The translations under genes were made by a program, and so were the position numbers. A stretch of DNA of 58,836 bases, the filler included, from Catajapyx aquilonaris (taxonomy: Eukaryota), in assembly GCA_000934665.2 (NCBI GenBank). It is 4 parts of 4 records of this genome, joined end to end, with 100 filler letters (N's around TTAATTAATTAA, not from the genome) between each part and the next. Parts side by side here need not be neighbours in the genome. Positions count along the whole stretch, not along the records: positions 14,790 to 29,385 come from JYFJ02007729.1; positions 29,486 to 44,068 come from JYFJ02007730.1; positions 44,169 to 58,836 come from JYFJ02007731.1; 1 more part is not named here. One strand, written 5' to 3'. This document shows positions 25,601 to 48,783 of this stretch, in pieces. The notes below the pieces were generated by a model. It was not told where the DNA came from and did no database searches. It saw nothing but the letters and a program-made list of their open reading frames with translations. Within the stretch, counting starts at the first letter, position 1. Each line of letters opens with the position of its first letter.

Positions 25601-26184
25601 CAATTTCCCCAAGGGAGATAAATATTTGCAAATTCCCTTTGATTGACTGGTTAGTTATAAACCTTGTGCGTTGGAGCGCTAGGAAATATTCCCGAAGAGG
25701 AATATACACGGTGCATCCCATAGCTTTGGGCGCAAAGTGACGCAATGCCCTTCGTTCTATTTGAAACTCTGGGCACATTAGTCCGGAGTTCCAGCTACTA
25801 GAATATTCCCGGGGAGGATGGAGCCAGGAAGGCGTTTGCATGCCGATTCCTACCCTCATTATGAAGCATCCACGTCATTTTATTTACCACCCAGTGTCAA
25901 GCTTCGCACTCGAAATCGGATTTACACATGAAGTCTTCATCACGTAAAATAAATTATTACTCAGTAGGGAAAGTGTCACGTAGCACTTACTTATCGTTGT
26001 ACCAACCGCAGAAGCGAGTCATAAAAAGTTCGAGAATTTATTCTCGTAACATTGGTTTCTTCCGGAATTCAATACAATATTCAGATGACAAGCCCTGTGG
26101 TTTCCGCACAAAAAATGGCAGGTTAAATCCAGAATTGTTTGGTACACTACCGGATGCATTTTTGCGTGACACAATATAGTAATT

Positions 26185-26442
26185 GAGGCGCTCAGAGGAA
26201 GAACGGCATATCCCAACCGACATCCAATTTTGCGTTTGTAATGCTGTTGTACTCTCCTTCCAATTCTTTCATCTACTTCTCATGTGATGAAGTACCAAAT
26301 GAATTGGGATATGTCAATGCTCACATATTCCACTTGTAAAATTTGTCCGTAGCTTTAGATGTATGATAAAGCAAAACACAAAAAGCCTCTTTTCTCAAAA
26401 CAAACTCCGGTTGGGATATGCCGTTCTTCCTCTGAGAGCCTC
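26185..26442. mobile_element. MITE with 35-bp TIRs (Sola-like, GAG...CTC termini)
   Basis: GAGGC(G/T)CTCAGAGGAAGAACGGCATATCCCAACCG at both ends with one mismatch; flanks AATT/CATT. Confidence 0.8.
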
Positions 26443-26696
26443 CATTGTAATGGTCGTATGGTGGTCATATGATCTCAACTTCGCTCAGATACGTATGTAG
26501 GGTTACTTTTTGGCCGAAATACCTGTATAAGGGTCATCATAGCTGTACAGATGGGTTTGTCGCGACATCTTATTTTTTATATTTTTTATTTATGTTACCA
26601 CGTTATAGGGCGTTACAGGGCAGAATTCTGGGGGGGGGGGGGGGCNGGGGGGCTCATGACATCTTATACACAAAACGAAGGCCGTATACTCATGTC

Positions 26697-27215
26697 GCCT
26701 CCTGAGACCCGACGTCCAATATAATTATTGGACATCCGGATTTAATTATTTACTGCCTTGCTATGGAGCATATCATAATTATCCTCCTTGCGAAACTTAC
26801 CAGCTTTCCATGACGAAATGGCGGCTCGAGCAGAAAAGACAAAACCCACAAAAGTGAAGTGCAGAAAATGTGGTATTTATTATTTTCTTAATGCAGCAGA
26901 AAGGAATTTTTAGGATTTAAAAAAATTATCACCATATGGAATAAAAACTTCCATGGTACTGTACAGTAGTCTACATTCTTCTCCTTGCACATAAAAAAAT
27001 GAATTGAAAAATGTAGAGAGGGAAGGGTTATACAACTTATACAGTATATCTAAGATCGGATGCCCAATACATTGCACATCTAATTTTGCAAAAAGAAAAA
27101 ATCACAAAAATGAAATTATTAAAAATGGCGTCTATATCTCCCTTACAGAGCGTTATTTCCAAGTATTATACTAAATGATTGCACCAATGCAATGCCTTCT
27201 CGGGACTCAGGAGGG
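26697..27215. mobile_element. Degenerate MITE (piggyBac-like termini)
   Basis: CCTCCTGAGACCCG ... CGGGACTCAGGAGG inverted ends; TTAA TSD not preserved. Confidence 0.45.
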
Positions 27216-27639
27216 TAGTATTATGACACACTGACAATTGGTCATTCGATCACTCGACACTGTCGCAGTGTGCTTTTGTTCAGGAACCCCCCCCCCCCCG
27301 CCCCCACCAAAAAAGACCGTCAATTCAGATAGATATTTATTTTATTTTAAGTTTATTTTACTTGCCATTACTTGGCATTGGGAGAATCATCGCTCCTTTG
27401 GGGGGTGGAATTCCCCCATTTTTTCATTTATATTTTCTGGAAAAATTTTCAAACACCGTGCAGAGGAGAAAGGGAAATGGGGAAGGTAATATGGATTTGT
27501 TGGGGAGGGGACACGGGTGCAAGTGCAACATCTCAAACTGGGACATGTGCAGGTCAACTCAGATATGGAAGCAACGGATGTTGATCAACGAGCGGTAATC
27601 CGTTTCTGAACCGCGGAAGGTGTCGGCAGTACATAAATC

Positions 27640-28330
27640 CATCTCCACATGAGTACCGTGTACAAAAACTGTATGTGTTCTTCACGTGTTAGAGCTTGGA
27701 GTAAGCTGTATGTCGCGACAAACCCATCCGGAAATTTTCTATATGACCGTGGCTCGTTTTCATCTGAATGGCCCTAATACGTATTAAGAGTGGTCTTATG
27801 TTGACAACAATGTAACTGAAACCAGTTCTGCTGCTCTGTCGCACATCAACATTCAAAATCATGTTTTCGTCCGACCTCACTTTATAGCTTCATCACTCTC
27901 ATCGAACTTACATACCCAAAAACCCGATGCACCTGTAACGGAATTTGGATCTCCCTGAAATCCTGCACTCTCTGCGAGTGTATACATGCCATATGCGTGA
28001 ATAATACTTCGAAAGGACATTTTCGAAGTAAGACCACGTCAGAGTACCACAGGCAAGCATTTTCACGTCGCCGAGATCGTTTGTATGTCTTCAGACTTGG
28101 CAGGATACATGATTCCGTTGCCAATGAGCAGCCATGAGTGCCAGGAATCCAACGGAAGTGATCAAACACCCTCTCGGAAAGGGGAAAAAAACTGGTTGGC
28201 CGAACTGCGTTAGCGTCATCTATCTCAAAGAACGCGGCAAAAACGCGACCAGAATCCCTGGAACTGGAGACCTGCTCCAGAGAATCGACCGTAAAGCGTC
28301 GATCACCTTTACACATGCATTTTTTAAAGC
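27640..28330 (-). pseudogene. Heavily decayed LINE (I-clade-like) RNase H / C-terminal fragment
   Basis: VDSL...RWIPG.. followed by a frameshifted IGN, resembling SDSL / WIPSHxGIxGNE; many disruptions. Confidence 0.3.
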
Positions 28331-29385
28331 AGTCACATAATCCCGAAACCCTCTCGTCTAAGGTGCAGCCAAGTAAAGGGAGAATTATCTGAGCCTCAAG
28401 CAGCTTGTCTCTTGAGGAGGCAGGGGATTTTCCTAAGGATTTGGCCAAGTTGCCACCCCTCCCCCCCCCCGCCCCATCCACCTTCCTCCCTTTCAACCCC
28501 CTGAAAGTGTTCTATCCATCCCATTCTAGCCAGATCCTTCCCTCTTCGCATGCAGGATTAATCCGGGTAGAAGTTTCGCCTAAAGATAGTGAAACTGCAG
28601 TCTATTCCTCTGGAATATACCTTAGGTATTTAGCCCTCGCTATATCTAAACGCTCTTTACCAAGTTCGTTGCTAGATAATTGAGCTGAATATTATTCTAC
28701 CCATTTTCTAATTCATTGTGGTTGACTGACTTCTAACTCGTTTTGGCCTACTGCTATGAAATAGTTTTCACCTGCAGCATTGCTATATATTTTAACTGTT
28801 TTAATTTGTAGCAGTTATTACTATTGCAATGGAGCGTCCTACAGAAGAGTGTTTGTTGGAGTCAGTATATGACTCGATTGTCTCAACCTTTGTCTTAGTG
28901 ATGTGGTTGGTTCATATTGGTTCCGGCACTCTAATAGATCGGCCTTAACATGTACTCGTAAGTTCATTAGCTGCTGTGGAGGAAGGGGAAACCAATTTCC
29001 TGATAGAATTTACATGCACTCGACCGACTATCGGTTTTTTTTACGGAGAAAATTCATTTTGAAACCAGGTCACGGCATCAGTCACGAATGTGGATTGGAA
29101 GACTTAGTTTTAAATTCCCAAGGCTATTACACACGCATCATTATTTCATGATCATCTTACAAGTTAGAACCTTAACTATATTTTGCAGTAATGTTAAGTC
29201 TTTTTCAAGGAAAATTCCTCAAAGAATCCTGCGCAATTATAATTTTATACAAAAGCAGTATTAGAAAATTCATAATCCTGTCTTGTACTGTAGGGTACTA
29301 CTCAGCTACTCTACAAAAACTTATGAAGTCAGCTGAAGAGACGAATAAATGAAGGATGGTTCTAAATATATATAAAAACTCAAGA

Positions 29386-29485
29386 NNNNNNNNNNNNNNN
29401 NNNNNNNNNNNNNNNNNNNNNNNNNNNNNTTAATTAATTAANNNNNNNNNNNNNNNNNNNNNNNNNNNNNNNNNNNNNNNNNNNN
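29386..29485. other. Artificial contig linker N44-TTAATTAATTAA-N44
   Basis: Same 100-bp structure as 14690-14789. Confidence 0.97.
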
Positions 29486-29642
29486 GCCGGCGGTCATGTT
29501 GGGCCAGCATGTAGCCCGATGTAGCCCTCCCCTTTCGTACCTATAAAGTTCAGTCTAGTCCGGTAGGGTCGCCACTTACTGTGGCCCCTAAATGTCTCAT
29601 GGCGCTCTCAGGTGAGCACCCGCTGCAAAACGCCCCGGCAGG
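29486..29642. repeat. Second copy of the repeat at ~20285-20425 (Helitron-associated)
   Basis: Shared TAGTCCGGTAGGGTCGCCAC...TCTCATGGCGCTCTCAGGTGAGCACC...GCAAAACGCCCCGGCAGG. Confidence 0.8.
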
Positions 29643-29688
29643 GGGTGGGTGGGAGTGACCAGACCTTACTTACATGACGGTGCACTGG

Positions 29689-30712
29689 ACTAAGGTATTG
29701 GTATTTGAAAGAGGTCAGCAGGTTTCTCCTTGTGTGTTGCAGGTACGAGGAAACAAGTTTGTATACCTGGGTAGTTGATTGATTGATTGATTGATTGATT
29801 GAGTGAGTGATGGTTTTTTGGCACAACAGTGGCAATGGCTATACTGCGCCAAGCACCTGTGACGTTATAGGGCAGGGCCCGAGATACCACCCCAACCCCA
29901 ACGTTAAATGAACAAAAGGTATTATTTTTTTTAAAACAAAAGAACTAATTAATTAATTATATATACCTGGGCAGTGTCCTTGAGAGTAATGGTAGAATGG
30001 ATGGGGAGATAGACAGGAGAGTTAGTTCTGGGTTGAAAGTGATAGGTGCCACAAGTCAGTTTTCTAGAAATAAGGACTTATCTTCTGCCTGCAGGTTGTC
30101 TGTCTATTCTCACGTTACTGTTCCTTCACTTATGTATGGTAGTGAAGCGTGGGTTTGGTCAGATAGGCATAAGAGTAGGGTGTTGGCTACAGAGAAGCGT
30201 TATCTCCGGGTTGTTTGTGGGGTTACTAAGTTGGATAGGATTAGGAATGAGGAGATTTTGCAGAGGTGTAATGTTAAGAAGACTTAAAGATAAGGTGTAC
30301 AGGTGTACTCTAAGGTGGTTTGGCCATGAGGAGAGGATGAAGGCGATTGTGAAGAAGGTTTATTTGGGTGGAGTTGTTGGTAAGAGAGGCAAGGATAGGC
30401 CTAGGAAGACGTGGTTGGACCAGGTGGGTCAGTGTCTTAAGGGTGTTGCTAGTGTTAAGCCTAGACTTTCATGTGTCAAGAGGACCATGGCTGAGGCTAA
30501 GGTTGTTTGTTTAGACAGGTATAAATGGCGTAGGTTGATTAATGGGGGTGAGGAATAGATAGAGGAGGGAGGTACACACGGAGGGGGTGGAGCAGGTAGC
30601 TTATAGTTTTATTTTGATAAGTTTTAATTTAGTTCATATGTGGGGATAACTTGCGACTCCCTTCATCACTGGCTACCCCTTATAGGGATATGCCGTGATG
30701 GTGATGTTGTTA
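29689..30712 (+). mobile_element. 5'-truncated RTE-clade LINE (end of RT, C-terminal region, 3' UTR), interrupted and frameshifted
   Basis: TKVLVFER..FVYLGS, EIDRRV, PSLMYGSEAW, DRIRNEEI, LRWFGH.ERM, GKRGKDRPRKTW. Confidence 0.9.
29776..29961 (-). mobile_element. Short 3' end of a retroposon (I/Nimb-like tail) inserted in the RTE
   Basis: 14-bp TSD TATACCTGGG(T/C)AGT at 29762-29775 and 29962-29975; (ATCA)n tail on the minus strand after GGCGCAGTATAGCC. Confidence 0.75.
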
Positions 30713-30715
30713 TAT

Positions 30716-31025
30716 GTCCCTAAAGCATTGTCACCGGAATGTATCTTGTAGCATCTTGTGAGTTTGCAGCACCTTTGCCAAATTTGAAATAAAATTTATG
30801 CTGTTCTTTCAGGTCATCAATTTTTACCTCCGATAGAATTGCAGAACGTACCAAACATGACAGTACATAACCTCCCACAGAAACGCCTCCATTCAACCTC
30901 AGATGCTGCCACTTCGCAGAGCAGGTCAGAAAGGTCACCTGCAGCACCACCAAGAGTGGTACCGTCAAACTATGTGTGGTTCGCAAGTATTGGTGCCAGT
31001 TCACAAACTTTTGGATAGTACCTCG
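30716..31025 (-). mobile_element. Mariner 5' end with decayed transposase N-terminus
   Basis: TA|CGAGGTACTATCCAAAAGTTT terminus; DLKEQ..KFYFKFGK resembles mariner EQRxxIKFCFKLGK. Confidence 0.75.
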
Positions 31026-31185
31026 TAGTATCAGCTAACATAAAATACCTTTCCACACAGTTTCAAACTTGAAACAATTACCTGGACTTTACTATTTTTT
31101 AATGAATAATTTTTTCACTGACAGCGAGCCATTCAAGTATAACATACAATCTCCAGGTTTTACACAAGGCTTCAGTTCAACATAC

Positions 31186-42174
<10,989 letters not shown>

Positions 42175-42899
42175 CACCTACACAGTCCCATGTCTGCGAA
42201 GTGGTATTTGCGTCTCAGTGGCGGTGCCGACCTCTCCGCCATCTGAAGAACAGCCCTGGTTCCTAGGAGCTCAACCCTTGTGGCTTGCCTTGTAGATGTT
42301 CCACAGGCTGGCAACGCTCCTGTTGGCACCGCTTTGCCGTCAACTAATGGATATTACACAGTGCAACCGGATTGTGGTCTACCAGTGTGCGCAGGATCTG
42401 CTGTGCTCTCATTGGCCGGTTTCAGAGTGTCGTGCCCTAGATATGGGAGGATGTGGTACATGTAAAAACCATGGTAAAAACGAAAGGATTTTAATAAGTT
42501 AAACTCATATTTAATTTATGAAGGCTGTTCCTTGCTTCTAAAGGAACATGAGAAACTAGTGGGCATGTTATTTTGTAAATATTGGACGAGCGGAAGGAGT
42601 AACATCTGTTCTCAAAAGTACGTTCTCGCGACGAAAAATAGCGCATCGTTTTTTTGTTGTGTGTGTGTGTGTTGTTGTTGTTGTTGTTTTTGTTGTTTTT
42701 TTTTTTGTTCCTGTCGTTCTTTAACCGAGGTCTCAAAATGACTAGCATGCTGTGTACGCGCCCTCGAAAATGAGAACCGACAACCGAGAGTTAAACCAAT
42801 GCCGATAAAGTCACTTTTCGGCTGCATAAAAACAGCCTATCAGCGAGTAAAGAGAGAAATCGCAGAATAGCAGATTACAAAAACCATGCGACATGTATA

Positions 42900-43270
42900 C
42901 GCTGCGCTGCTTTAAAAAACGTATTGGGCAATATTATAACACCCTGCAGTGCAACTCCGTTTTTTTCACATAGGTTTCCCCAGGGTTTCCCCCTCTGATC
43001 CCCGTGACTTTCGCGAGGGAAGGAGAGATAGTTAGGTAGCATGCCGCTTCGCTTGAGTTTGTGGCGCTTTTCCGCAATGGGGCAATTCCGCGTGAACGTG
43101 ATCACCTTTTGCACGAAAAAATTTGCCCGTGGATGAGTGTGAGATATGTTTAGGTCCAGGTCACGTTCGGACCTTTCCCACAAGGATTTGGTCCGATGAT
43201 GCGTGGTTGCCTATCTACCGGCGCTAATTGCACTTGGATCACAGTTAGAGGCGCCCCCCTATTACATTTA
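42900..43270 (-). promoter_or_regulatory. Candidate SMG1 promoter / non-coding first exon
   Basis: Locally CpG-rich relative to the gene body, upstream of acceptor 42436; RFX-like GTTGCCTATCTAC and GGGGGCGC motifs near 43205-43260; possible donor AAAG|GTGATC at ~43105. Confidence 0.4.
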
Positions 43271-44068
43271 CATGACAACGTAAATGCATGATGTAATACA
43301 TGTTTCATGTGTGAAATTGTCTCCTCTTTCCGACAAAAATAGTCACTTTCCGATAGCTGTGCAAATTCATGTCAAAAAGCGACATTTTTGCAAACAAATG
43401 ACATTTTCAAAAAAGAGCCAGTCAAATGTTATCACATTGATATCAAAATACACCTCACAGTGTCCTCTATCAGTGATACAAACGGAATTTCGGAATACGA
43501 AATGGTTACGGAGCTATAGGTACTGACGTGGAGCGCTGCGCTAGTGCCCAGCACGCCCGCAGAATGAAAAGGAGCGGCCCACCTAGGTCCGTCTTCATGC
43601 CTCAGGTAGGCTATAGTGTACGCTTGTCCTTTGTGTTTAATTCACTTAAGAAAATAGTTCCAAAAAAATTTACCATAGAATAGTAAGAATAATAATGAAA
43701 ATTCCCTTGTAATGTTCAACTAAGTTTCAATTTTCACAAGTGTCAAGTGTGTGTTAATATATGATTGATTATTTAGAATAGAGAAACATGTAGCCTACTT
43801 TTTATTTTTATGTTCATTCCTCTATTCGTTCCTAGTCACAGTCCAAATGAATCTTCACTGTTGAGACCTGTACGGAATTCCTTGCGGCATCATACGGGCC
43901 CCTTGCTTTCACTATTGGGAAGACCCGTAGAAGTGGCTGACACCTGGCGGCTGTCTCGGAAGCTCATTCACGGCGGACAAGGGGGGTTGCTCTCCTAGTC
44001 CAGCCATGCGTGGGAACGAGGAAAAAGGGAGTAAAGTGGTGACAAGTGACAAATTATGTTTCGTGGTG

Positions 44069-44168
44069 NNNNNNNNNNNNNNNNNNNNNNNNNNNNNNNN
44101 NNNNNNNNNNNNTTAATTAATTAANNNNNNNNNNNNNNNNNNNNNNNNNNNNNNNNNNNNNNNNNNNN
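44069..44168. other. Artificial contig linker N44-TTAATTAATTAA-N44
   Basis: Same 100-bp structure. Confidence 0.97.
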
Positions 44169-46024
44169 GATCTCTCTCCTTCTTCTGATGAAGAGAGGGA
44201 CATCCAGGTCGTGTGGAGGAGGGTGGACGACAGGATATGGACCAGGGAGACCACAAAGGGGAAAGAGTACGATGGTAGAAGGGAAGAGGGGAAGGCTTGG
44301 GGTGTAGCTGGGAATGAACGTTCGATTTTCTCAAAAAACACTCTTATTGAACCATCGGCCATACCCTGGCTGATCACACCAGATCAGTTGCAATTAATTT
44401 AACAGTTATCACAGTATTTTGACTAATATTAGTAACATGCAATGTTAATTGCATTAATATGTAATTGAACGTAATAAATGAATGCATAATGATGAAACTA
44501 GTGCACTGGAAAATTGGCTGTAAGGCTTATGCCAGGCATCATTCAGAGTCAGTTTGGTTAATATTATTATCAAACATGTTTGCTTGCATATTTTACAACT
44601 GTGCATTTAGAAGTGTAGTGGTTCATCACTTCTGATAATAAGTGGAGTTGCACGTCTTCAAGGGAAACTGGTGAGTTTGCAGCCATGAGTGGTACGAAAT
44701 GGTTGCATGTGCCTTGTAGTTTTTTTTTTTTTTTAGGAAATCGTCTGTATGGGAATTGACAGTAATATTTGCCTTCTCTCTTTTCTTGTTCTCTTTTGCA
44801 AGCAAGCTAACGTCTTCCTACTTTGAAAGAATATTAATTCCTTGCATTTCTGGAGATTTAATTCCAGATCACTGGTTGTGAGGAGTTGAAGTTTCTATGG
44901 AGTGGAGTCAAATGCAATGCTACAAAATAATATACCTACTGTTGGTAGTCAAGGATGAAAATGTTGTCTATCCAGTTGACCACTGGAGTGGTGGTGGCAA
45001 CAACATTGAATATTTACATTGCTCACCAACCAAACGAAGACATCTTCATGCCCAAATTGTGGTTATTTTCATTTTATGGAGAAAAAAAAGTTCAAGTTCA
45101 CAGATTTTAGTTGTTGTCTGTGGTGTTGTTGTGGAAATTGCCAAGTTCTTCTGAGTCTGCATTGTTGTAGTTCCAGTTCCCAGTTGTCAGGGAACGAGAA
45201 TGGGGCATAGCAGTAGTCCATTAGTCCAGGGATGTCCTGCAGTTTGACGGTTCTGGGAAGTCACAGAACATGAGCAAGTGGAAGAGACAACTCTTCTTCT
45301 ACAATACACCAGAGGATGTGCTGGTACAAGGACACAGTGGGTTGCGATTGAAACTTCAGTGTCCTCAGCATAGTTGATATTACTTTTTCTTCAGTAATGC
45401 CAGGGATATGGCGTGTTGGTGTGTACATTGTTTGTTGTGAGGTTGGCTGAGAATTGCTTTGAAAGTCTTAGGAAGTTGTAAAACTTTGTCGTTTCACATT
45501 TTCAGCAAGGATCCACGTCGTTGGGAGGGCTCTGTTACACGTTCTTCTGGTGGTGGAGGTTAGAAATGATTCAGACATCAGGAATGGCAAAACCATTGAA
45601 TGCTACAGTAAGAAAGGTGTTCATGTGAAATCCATATAAATTTATTGTGATGTACAGGCAAGCACAATGGACATTGTTACAAGAATGGGTATTAGTACGT
45701 CTGGTACTTGGGGTAAACATATAAATAAATATTAATTACTAACTTATATACAGCTATTTGCTAAAAACGTACTGCTTAGACCGTTTCCATCATTTCGAAA
45801 TGGGTGTTATTATATTCAATTATAATTTTTGAGCCGATATTACCATGGTATGCTCACGGTATTTTCAGTTCATCAACTGTGTTGGTATTCCCATCTACAT
45901 CTTAATGAAATTATGGACGCTTCATGTGCGTGTAAAATACCTAAAAATGGTTTGACTTGCGTATCTTGTTTCTTGCCTTTCAGTCATTGCTTTCCGTGAT
46001 GCAAGTCTCTAAATGAGCCTAATA

Positions 46025-46092
46025 TTAATGGGGAACATTTCACAAATGAACACTTCTAATAAAGTGTTCATTTGTGAAATGTTCCCCATTAA
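46025..46092. repeat. Perfect 31-bp inverted repeat with 6-nt loop
   Basis: TTAATGGGGAACATTTCACAAATGAACACTT-CTAATA-AAGTGTTCATTTGTGAAATGTTCCCCATTAA, followed by TTAAAGAAATT x3. Confidence 0.92.
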
Positions 46093-47035
46093 AGAAATTG
46101 TTAAAGAAATTAAAGAAATTGTGCTGTAAAATTGCACAAAATTTGCTCACTTTGTCCTTGGAAGCACAGGTAGAACAGTAAGCCATTCTTAGTGGAGACG
46201 GGCCAGTGTGACTGCGGTTTACATACCGGTACTCCTACATGACCAGGAAATTGAAGAGCATTTTCGAGAAGAATTGTAAGGTGCACTCTGAAGTCACTGG
46301 AAACAGCAACCTGGTAGAAAGGTAATGACGGTAGAATGTGGCTTCAAAACAATACACTCCTGCTTTGATGCACTGGGAATTGTTGGGAATTTGAGTTGTT
46401 CCAATATTATGCATCTTTACAATATATCTGCTTGTAATATTGCCAATCGTTAATGTTTCCTATATTATAGCCACATAACAACAGATGCGTTAGCTACTTC
46501 CAGATAAACCCAATCAAACAAACCTGCGTTGTTTTATTAAGTAAATCTCTCCCTGTTCATAGGCTTATTCTGAGCAGGCAGGGTTAAACTGAGAGGTCGT
46601 GTGGATCCTGTGTGGAAATTGTTCATTTAATTAGAAGTCATTACTAAATTTGTCAGTGTGATATGATATTTAGCAAGTCGCTGCTTGAAGGTTTTATGGC
46701 CGTGAGACTGTGTATTATTCCATATGTTATATGTACTAGAGTGTTCTGGTAGCAAAGTCTGTCTCATCATCTGCATGGTGTCACACTCAACTGAGATACG
46801 ATACGACCTGACCTCATGTTCAGCAGAGTACCACATTTGCAGTCACTGGTGTCACCAATGGTTCTTTACAAGCGAGTGAATGCGAGTGACCTTGGACGAG
46901 GTTTTGTCTCGGGGACTTTTACATCATGCTGGTGGGGTCGCTATTTTGACGTCCATTTTTGTGCTAATCACATTAGGCTTTTCGTTTCAATAACTATTTC
47001 CAATAGTTGGTTGAGATGGTCTGGTTGTTTTCACA

Positions 47036-48783
47036 GGTAACCCTTCCGCAACATGCAAAATTGCAAATACTCACTCAAGTCGGTTCTCCACTCCCGTTTA
47101 TTTGTCCTTTCCTCGAGGGTTACAAAACACGTCCTCTCTTTCCGCCGGCTTACCTGCTTCTCCTTTGTCCCCCTTACCTCCCGCTAGGCGGCGCCCCACA
47201 CGGCCACCAACTGCCACTTTCCAGGGGAGCCAACCTAGGGGAGGCGCGGGCAACACAAACACGACCCCCCCCGGGTGACCCGGAGGCCACCCAGCGGGGT
47301 CACCGTGCCACATAGCCCTCCCCCACAAGTCTGCGACTAGGGGGGGGGGGGCAGCTTTACAAACGAATCACAGAAAAAAATTGAGAGCACAGTAACATAG
47401 CAAAGAGTGGGGACAAAAAGAAAAACGACAAAACAAAAAATGTACGCAAAAAAAACAAGTGGCGCCAGGGAGGGAGGGAGGTGAAAAATGGGGGGGGGGG
47501 GGTCAATCTTACAAAGGAAAAGCTGAGCCAAACGGAGAACAGGGCGGCTTAAAACAAAACAAAAAAAAAACACGACGTGGCCCACAACAGGGGAGGGGGG
47601 TCACCTCAACGGGAAACAGTACCCGAACCACTGGCCACCTCGCCCTCGCCCTCTTCCGTTTCCCCTGCCTCCACCAGACGGGAGTTCCGGACACCTGAAC
47701 ATTTTGTGAGGCCCTTGGCAATGCCAACAGGCCAGGGGCGGCCTCTCAGACCTGACCCCTTGAGCCATTTTCCCTTTAGGAGCACCCCCATCTCTAGGGG
47801 GCTGCTCTGGACAGACCGCTCTTAGATGCGGCCCTCCGCACCCGTAGCAGGCCAGGGGCGGCCTTGTTATGCTGCCAGCATAACCTTCCCCCCCCTTGAG
47901 GAGGCGCCCTCCACGTGGGTGGCGCCTCAGATCTCTCCACCACCGGCGCGGCGCCAGCTCCCCTCGAGTCCTACCACAGGACACGAGAGAGTCCAACACC
48001 CATGTCTGCTGGGCGGGCGGGGCCTTGAAGGCCCTTTCCGCTCTCACTACTTCCTCAACTAGCTTAGCCACTTGCCGCAACTCATAAAGAGTTCGCGCCT
48101 GGCGCGTACGGACCTCCCGTCCATACACTGGCTTCATCCTACTGACGATGAACGCCACTTGCTCCACCTCTGAGGAGAGGTATTGCACTCTGCGGTGGTA
48201 CTCGACCATGCAGTCTACGAAGACTGTCAACGGTTCACTGTCCCCCTGCCTTCGCAGGATCATCTCCTCCAGAAGCTGGTCCCGCAGGCCAAGTGGCAAG
48301 AATTCCTTCCTTGTCTCCCGACCGAGTATACCAGAGAACGACAACCACCGAGACCACCTGCAACCATCAACCTGCAACTTGCGCGCGATCTATTATTCAT
48401 ATTATTATATATACTTGATAAACTTCCTCAGAAGGACACAGTTTTACAGGGCGCGCCAGCTTAGGACCGAGACTACTTCATGCCATTTCTCAGAACGACA
48501 ACCACGTATAAGTATTATTCATATTCTTAACTTCGGAAGACTTATCCGCCACCTATTATTGATAACTTCCCATGCACCTGTATAGCATATACAGTATGTA
48601 TTATATAGTCATAGAGCTGCCCTGCCGTCTGCCAAGATTATAGTAAATTACACTGACCAGTGATTCCGCACGAATCACAGTCGGTCCACTTTCCAGGGGA
48701 GCCAACCTAGGGGAGGCGCGGGCAATACAAACACGACCCCCCCGGGTGACCCGGAGGCCACCCAGCGGGGTCACCATGCCACA
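47036..48783 (-). mobile_element. Gag-only LTR retroelement remnant
   Basis: Near-identical direct repeats 47214-47312 and 48686-48783 starting TGTGGCA on the minus strand; PPT GGGGGAGGG before the 47312 copy; AATAAA inside; lower boundary approximate. Confidence 0.8.
47601..48350 (-). CDS. gag: Retrotransposon Gag C-terminal part (capsid plus two zinc knuckles), 5' truncated
   Basis: RRQGDSEPLTVF major-homology-like motif; CYGCGGPHLRAVC and CWHCQGPHKMFRC; RG-rich end. Confidence 0.85.
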   Translation of the reverse strand, partial: RWLSFSGILGRETRKEFLPLGLRDQLLEEMILRRQGDSEPLTVFVDCMVEYHRRVQYLSSEVEQVAFIVSRMKPVYGREVRTRQARTLYELRQVAKLVEEVVRAERAFKAPPAQQTWVLDSLVSCGRTRGELAPRRWWRDLRRHPRGGRLLKGGEGYAGSITRPPLACYGCGGPHLRAVCPEQPPRDGGAPKGKMAQGVRSERPPLACWHCQGPHKMFRCPELPSGGGRGNGRGRGRGGQWFGYCFPLR

